Origin: Octopus sinensis
Taxonomy: Eukaryota
Assembly: GCF_006345805.1 (NCBI RefSeq)
Contig: NC_043000.1
Span: forward strand, 9,734,001-9,798,000
Length of the DNA stretch: 64,000 nucleotides
Direction: 5' to 3'
The notes under the pieces are model-generated. The model did not search any database. It was given only the letters and a program-made list of their open reading frames with translations, and was not told where the DNA came from. Made by a program: the position numbers and the translations under genes. Below are positions 57,425 to 64,000 of the stretch, in pieces. Numbering within the stretch: the first letter of the stretch is position 1; every line of letters starts with the position of its first letter.

Positions 57425-57924
57425 ACATGTGTGCCAGCAGGACAATGCTCCCTCGAACTCGCCCAGGGTCACTATGGACCTCCCGCGACAGCACAACAGC
57501 AGAACGACGCCGTGGCCGGCTCTCAGCCCGGATTTGAACCCAACTGAACACCTGTGGGATGAAATCCAGAGATGGCTGAACCAGGTGGTCCCAAGGCCGA
57601 CAACTCGTGTGGAAGTGGCAGCATCTTTTCTCAGGGTGTGGGCACAGGTGCCAATGGCTTTTGTGAACCGCTTCATGCACTCCATGTACCGACGATGTAT
57701 GGTGTTTTGAACACACAGGGAGGGCAGACACAGTCTTGAACATGTCACGCCCTACAATCTTGATGTGCTGGATCCGCCCACAACCAGAACACATGGCAAC
57801 GACACATAGACTATGCATCCTAGAAATTGACTTAATCCGATTTATCAAAATTTATCTCTGACATAATGAAATTAAAACATATTTCACAGTGACACACGTC
57901 TCGCGTTTCTTTTGTGGTTCAGTG
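57425..57924 (+). mobile_element. Tc1-family transposon 3' fragment
   Basis: QQDNAP...WPALSPDLNPTEHLWD (DD34E second D and E)...SMYRRC. The terminus ...TTCTTTTGTGGTTCAGTG is followed by TA. Confidence 0.88.
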
Positions 57925-58329
57925 TATAATATGATACGGAACTGGAAGAAACTGTGCTGAATTTTAAATATCCAAAGTAGGAGACTGGCTTGTTTTATGT
58001 GGAACAAGTTCTCAATAAATTTCCGGATTTGCATATGTGATAAAAATATAAAATTTTGAATTCACAGACCATGAAAACGAAAGCTATATCCTATAAATTA
58101 GCTAAAGAAGAAAAAAAAAAGAAAGACCTGCCCATGTAGGTTGACAATTAAAAAGTGCTTGCATCAATTAACTTAATGAAATTTAGCAAATAAAGTAAAT
58201 AGAAATATTAAAATGAAAAAATCAATTGCAGAAATTTACTTACAAAATACATTAGGTTGATCGCACTAAAATTAATTATAATGCAATCCGGTTAATTGAT
58301 CACGTAAAATTAATTATACTCAAATATAA

Positions 58330-58765
58330 TTTATCTTTTACTTGTTTCAGTCATTGGACTGCAGCCATACTAGAGCATTGCCTTGAAGATTTTAGCCAAA
58401 CAATTCAGCCTCAGTACTTATTTGAAGCCTGGTATTTATTTTGTCGCTTTCTTTTTGCCGAACCGCTAGTTTTCAGGCAGGTAAACAAACCAACACCGGT
58501 TTTCAAGTGGTGGTGGTGGTGGTGGGGACAAACATAAGCACACATCACACATACAATCTCTCCCTCTCACACACAGAGTCTCTCTCTCACATACATACAC
58601 ACACACGCATATACAACGGGCTTCCATACAGTTTCCGTCTGCCAGAGTCATTCACAAAGCATTGGTCGGTCCGGGGCTAAAGCAGAAGATACTCGTTGAA
58701 GTGCTGCTCAGTTGGATTGAGTTCGAAACCACGTGATTGTCTGCGTGCTTCTTAACCACACAGTC
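58330..58765 (-). mobile_element. SINE family B, diverged
   Basis: Reverse match with internal microsatellite. Confidence 0.75.
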
Positions 58766-58781
58766 GATAACTTAAAGGAGG

Positions 58782-58815
58782 ATTTCACGTTTCGAGCGGA
58801 GCTCTTCGTCAGAAA
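58782..58815 (-). ncRNA. Penelope-type minimal hammerhead motif, probably inactive
   Basis: The minus strand reads TTT-CTGACGA-A-GAGC-TCC-GCTC-GAAA-CG-TG-AAA. The cleavage triplet is GUG, which is not NUH. Confidence 0.55.
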
Positions 58816-58889
58816 CATAGAAAAAGGAAAGGTCCAAGGAAGGGAAGACGGAGAAAGGAAATCGCCAACGATACACACGTGGGCACACA

Positions 58890-58939
<50 letters not shown>

Positions 58940-59849
58940 ATACACACACACATATACATACATTTATATATATGCATACATATATTTAATTCCAGGTATT
59001 TTTGCATTAGACGTGCCATTCACAAAATCTTGTGGGCCGCTGTTTACCGATGATTCTAGATCCCTCAATCTTTATATCGCGCTCTCTCTCTCTCTCCCAT
59101 CATAAAAAGAAAGGACATATTCGATATTACAGTGCTGGGTAATATTATACTTGAAAACAAACCGATTGGTTTACGAATGGGACGCCTTTGCTCACAGGTA
59201 TTCTCAATCAAGGATGACTTCAGGCGAAACTACAGCAAAAACAACAACAACTACAACTAGCATTTGCTTTGTCATATTATTAACAATCAACTGTTTCAAG
59301 ACGAATTCCATTAACTATTCAGCTATTTACTTCATTCATCAACTCCATACATTAAGCTTCCTACGACAATTCATTTAAATATACCCCCAGGCGTGACTAG
59401 GAGCGAGTGTAATCCTATCCATGTTACGTACATTATATCACATCTATGTTCTTCTTTTCTGCTACCGCTGGCACACCGTTTATTGGCAAAATCAAAAGGA
59501 AAACGTCCATTATCTTTTACAGGTGTGATTCTAAACGGATATGCATTAATTAAGAATTTGCTGTCGGCGAATAGGCACATCGAGAAAGAATATCTGCTAA
59601 TTAACTACGTCCATACAATAGAACGTTTTACCGGTCCCGTCGTCTCGAAATGATAAACATATCTGTCAGACAAGCTATAATTCAACAAGTACGTCAACAT
59701 GTACATACAGGAAAAGAATAACATTATCCACACTCCGTCTCTCTCTTTCTCTTTCTCTCTCCCTCCACACACGCACATCTTAAAGTGTCGATATAGTTTT
59801 TCAAGTGATATTAACCAGACTGCGAAGCAGCAAGCCTGTAGAATCATCA

Positions 59850-61058
59850 AGCGCGCTGGACAAGATGCTTAACGGCATTTCTTTCAGCGTTACGTTCCGT
59901 GTTCAAATTACGCCGACGTCGACTTTGTATTTTCATTATTTCAGTGTCGATAAAGTAAGTGCCAGTTGAGTACTGGGGTGAATGTAATCGACTTAGCCCC
60001 TCCCCCGAAATTGCTGGCCTTGTGCCAAAATTTGAAACTGAGGAGGCGGCGAGCTGGTAGAATAGTTAGCGTACCGGACAAGATGCTTAGCGGCATTTCT
60101 TTCAGTATTACGTTCCGAGTTCAAGTTACGCCGACGTCGCCTTTGCATTTTCATCCTTCCGGGATCGATAAAAGAACCAGTTGAGCACTGGCATCAGTGT
60201 AATTGGCTAGCCCTTTCCTCCTAAAGAATAGTAATTCAATTGTTCAACACTTGAGCAGAACAATATAAAAATATATTACATCAAGTATACAAATGAAATC
60301 AGGTCAGAACATATATGTATCATGTTAGTACATATCAATGCAGGAATTGCTCCCTTTGTAAGTATGTGGTTTCCAATTCAGGCCCACTGCGCGAACTCTT
60401 GGGTATAGTTCTGGCCGACCTTGTACCTGGGCCCTTGGCCCTCATCACCGCCCAACAACCAGTGTTGGTTATTTACATCTCCTTAACTTAGAGGTTCGGT
60501 AAAAATAAACCGATAGAATAAGAACTTGACTGAAAAAATAAATGATGAAAGGTAAAGTTGACCTTGGCGGAATTTGAACTCAGAACGCAAAGACAGACGA
60601 AATACTGCTAAGCATTTCGCCCGGCTTGCTAACGTTTCTGCCAGCTCGCCGCCTTATAATCTTTTCTACTCTAGGTACAAGGTCCGAAATTTCTGGGGAA
60701 GGGGCCAGTCGATTAGATCGACCTCAATACGCAACATGTACTTAATTTATCAACCCCGAAAGGATGAAAGGCAAAGTCGACCTCGGCGGAATTTGAACTC
60801 AGAAGGTAGCGGCAAACGAAATACCTATTTGTTTACTACCCACAAGGGGCTAAACACAGAGAGGACAAACAAAGACGACAAACGGATTAAGTCGATTATA
60901 TCGACCCAGTGCGTAACTGGTACTTATTTAATCGACCCGAAAGGATAAAAGTGTAAGGCAAGTCGACCTCGGCGGAATTGAACTCAGAACGTAGCGGCAG
61001 ATGAAATACCGCTAAGCATTTCGCCCGGCGTGCTAACGGTTCTGTCAGCTCACCGCCT
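59850..61058. mobile_element. SINE cluster: two plus-strand N copies (about 59850-60220), a B fragment (about 60345-60530), and minus-strand N copies including a dimer (about 60545-61058)
   Basis: Head, core and tail motifs as above. Junction AAACAAATA|GGTATTTCG near 60826. Confidence 0.8.
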
Positions 61059-61064
61059 TAATTG

Positions 61065-62185
61065 TCTCACAAATAGAATATTGACACTGCAGAAACTACT
61101 TGAAGGTGTCAGATCAAAAGATTTGAAAGCTGTACTAACTTTCATTAACTTCAAACAGGATTATGACTCCATCCATAGAGGAAAGCCTATGTCAATCCTA
61201 GTTGCATATGACACACCTGATGCCATACTTTCTGCTACAAATGTACTCTACATAAATATGGAAGCGCAAGTTCTCTCTTCTAATGGTAATAACCTAGGTT
61301 TTTGAAATCCTAGCCGGTATCTTTCATGGAGAGACATTGCACTGTATTTTTTCTTAACTGCTCTGGACTATGCTACGAGGGAAGCCATAATTAATGAACA
61401 AATTTTCCGTTTCACAGTGACAAAAGCAGAAGAAAACGAAACCTACCAACTGTAATATGTGATACACATTTTGCTGATGACAGCTCTATTATGACGTACT
61501 ATTGGTGAAGCTCAAGAACTACTTCATAAAGTCGAATTCTCTGTGAGGATAATTTGTCTACGCATAAATGTTACCAAGACAGAGAAAATATCGGTAAACC
61601 AAAAGGATGGAAATCTTCTCACATTGGATTATGGAATAATAAATCGAGTTGATGATTTTCTGTATTTTGGCAGCTGAATAAGTTCATCAAAAAAGGACAT
61701 TGATATTAGAATTACCAAAGCCTGGGCTGCAATGAACAGAATGGAAAAGATATGGAAAAATCCCAAAATTAAAATATCATTCTTCAGAACATCTTTTGAG
61801 CCAGTGTTGTTGTATGGATCAGGTATATGGACGCTGATACAAGCACTTGAGAAGAAGTGCATACATTAAAAAGTGCTTGGGGTGTACAAAATGTAAAGAG
61901 GCGTCAACGTATTACAAATGAAAGTTTATACGGAAACATACCCTAGATAACGTCTACAATTTCTCAAAGACGATTACAATTTGCAGGATATTGCTGGAGA
62001 AGTAAGCAGGAAGTTATACACAAGATGCTATTGTTGGAACCAACTCACGGGAGACGTAGTGGAGGAAGACCTGCTCGGACAGTCATCGATCAACTCTCAG
62101 ACGTTGAAAACTTCAGTAAGGAATAGTTGCCACGAGCAATGGAAAATAGGGAATTGTGGAAGGCACTTGTCGAAAATATTCTGTG
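61065..62185 (+). mobile_element. RTE-clade LINE reverse transcriptase fragment (frameshifted)
   Basis: ILTLQKLLEGVRSKDLKAVLTFINFKQDYDSIHRGK (FIDFKKAFDS-like), GIFHGD (GVLQGD-like), HFADD, DDFLYFGS, RLQFAGYCWR and GRRSGGRPA occur in order. Confidence 0.85.
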
Positions 62186-62630
62186 ATCACAAAAATATGT
62201 GTACATGTATGAAAATAGTATGTATGTATACGTCTATATATATATATGTATGTGTGTGTGTGTGTGTGTGTATACGACTATATATATCAGAAAGAAGTGT
62301 TATAACACTATTCCACATATACAAAAACAGCCATACCAACATACCTCCATCATCAGCTGCCCTGCGGATATCATTATGGTCTCGACATCTGGGCATTACC
62401 ATTCAATCTGGCGGTGTCAGCAGCACTAAAATAAGTATTGTATGGGAACAAACATACTAAAGAAACCACAACTTTCAAACACAACACATTTACCCTATGT
62501 ACAACAGAATCTGTAAATAAATTCAATAAGTATATATAGGGAGAATTCACATATAAAAAACAAAAGACGAAGACAGGTGGTGTAGACAACAAACAGATAT
62601 ATTAGTATAACGCTCGGCAAGTGAAAAAGT

Positions 62631-62666
62631 CTTTAACGTTTCGAGCCTACGCTCTTCTACAGAAAG
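62631..62666 (-). ncRNA. Penelope-type minimal hammerhead motif with variant core, inside a probable pseudo-LTR remnant (about 62300-62730)
   Basis: The minus strand reads CTTT-CTGTAGA-A-GAGC-GTAG-GCTC-GAAA-CG-TT^-AAAG. Stems I and II pair, but the core is CUGUAGA rather than CUGANGA. Confidence 0.5.
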
Positions 62667-63437
62667 AAACACAGAACGAAACAAGGAGAGAAAATAAAGA
62701 ATGTATAGTAGTTAGTGATCTATCATAGGCGTCTGCAAAGTTGTGAGCTAAATTGTACTAAAAACCAATGGTTAACCTGAGGTAAGTTATGGCAGAAAAC
62801 TATTAAATCGAACCTTGAACTACGTAGTTAAAAACGAACTTCTGAACCACACAATCACGCCTGTGTCATATGACTAAATCATTCAAATAACTTTAGCTCA
62901 TGTCAAATACAAAGTCTAGCAAGGTTACATTTTATGTCTATGTGAATAACACCAAATCCCACTTATCTTGTTTAATAATCTAAATATTTTTCTGTTTGAA
63001 AAACAGTACAGATTTTAAAGACATAAAAATCTTGATATTTAAAGCAGCTCCATTGTTACAAAATTATCTGACTTAGAACAGGCATAGTGATCTCATTGTT
63101 GTTATTTATCAAGATTTCCTAGATTTCTACTTTTATTTCATTTTTTAATCTCCAACGGTTTGTTTTTACAAAGTTCAAAGAGACTTGTTTTAAACATAGA
63201 CGGAACAATATTTTTATACACATAATGCCTTCTGTGTACTTTTATTACCCCTGGTGAAATATCTCATTAGTTACTTTAATTGTCATTATTGCAGACATCA
63301 AACAGTTAGAGGACACACATACACACATAAAACGAGGGAGGCTAATATGCGATCACTCTAACTGACATATTTAGCAACAAAATCTCACTGAAAATAATAA
63401 CCACTATCTTAAAGAATACACTGAAGGATGTGGTTAC

Positions 63438-63441
63438 ATAT

Positions 63442-63506
<65 letters not shown>

Positions 63507-63652
63507 ATACATACATATATATATATATATATATTACATACATAATATATTATATACATACATATATATATATATATATACTACATACATATATATATAT
63601 ACATACATATATATATATATATATACATACATATATATAATATTCTATATAC

Positions 63653-63698
<46 letters not shown>

Positions 63699-63803
63699 CA
63701 TACATAACAATATATATATATATATACATACATACATACATATATATTACATATATATACATACATACAGATATCTATATATATACATACATATATATAT
63801 AAT

Positions 63804-63836
<33 letters not shown>

Positions 63837-64000
63837 TATATATACATTATTACATACATATATATATATATATATACATACATACATACATATATATATA
63901 TATATAACAAATACATATATATATATATACATACATCAATATATATATATACATATATATATACATACATATATATATATATATACATACATACATATAT
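63438..64000. repeat. (TA)n/(CATA)n compound microsatellite
   Basis: Directly visible. Confidence 0.95.

Noticed and set aside
59050-59850. Unique, moderately GC-rich block examined as a possible upstream USP exon
   Set aside because: I found no N-terminal USP motif (IAVDGS-like) or convincing splice pair. It could be regulatory, but nothing in the sequence supports that.

Overview
AT-rich, repeat-dominated eukaryotic DNA. The tRNA-derived SINE families and very dense (TA)n, (CA)n, (ATCT)n, (CATA)n and (AAT)n microsatellites suggest a cephalopod (Octopus-like) genome; this assignment is an inference. Host coding content is small: the last two exons of a minus-strand universal stress protein (UspA-domain) gene (56979-56888 and 51645-51397), plus a speculative three-exon plus-strand micro-gene (45.7-47.5 kb). 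Mobile DNA includes an apparently intact hAT (GTF2IRD2/SPIN-like) transposase with its terminal repeat (1-2031, running off the window), deleted mariner and Tc1 relics, Tx1/L1, R4/Dong, RTE and L2-type LINE fragments, three SINE families, and Penelope-type fold-back elements with hammerhead ribozymes. The most unusual signal is a set of apparently target-biased retroelements. A SINE whose 3' tail resembles the Tx1-like LINE repeatedly joins to GGTAT, including the GGTAT in its own head, giving dimers to tetramers. The LINE sits in (ATCT)n, an R4/Dong fragment sits in (CATA)n, and the ribozyme fold-backs sit in or next to dinucleotide tracts. Almost all ORFs in the supplied track are microsatellite or SINE artefacts. 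All motif calls were read by eye, and repeat boundaries are approximate.
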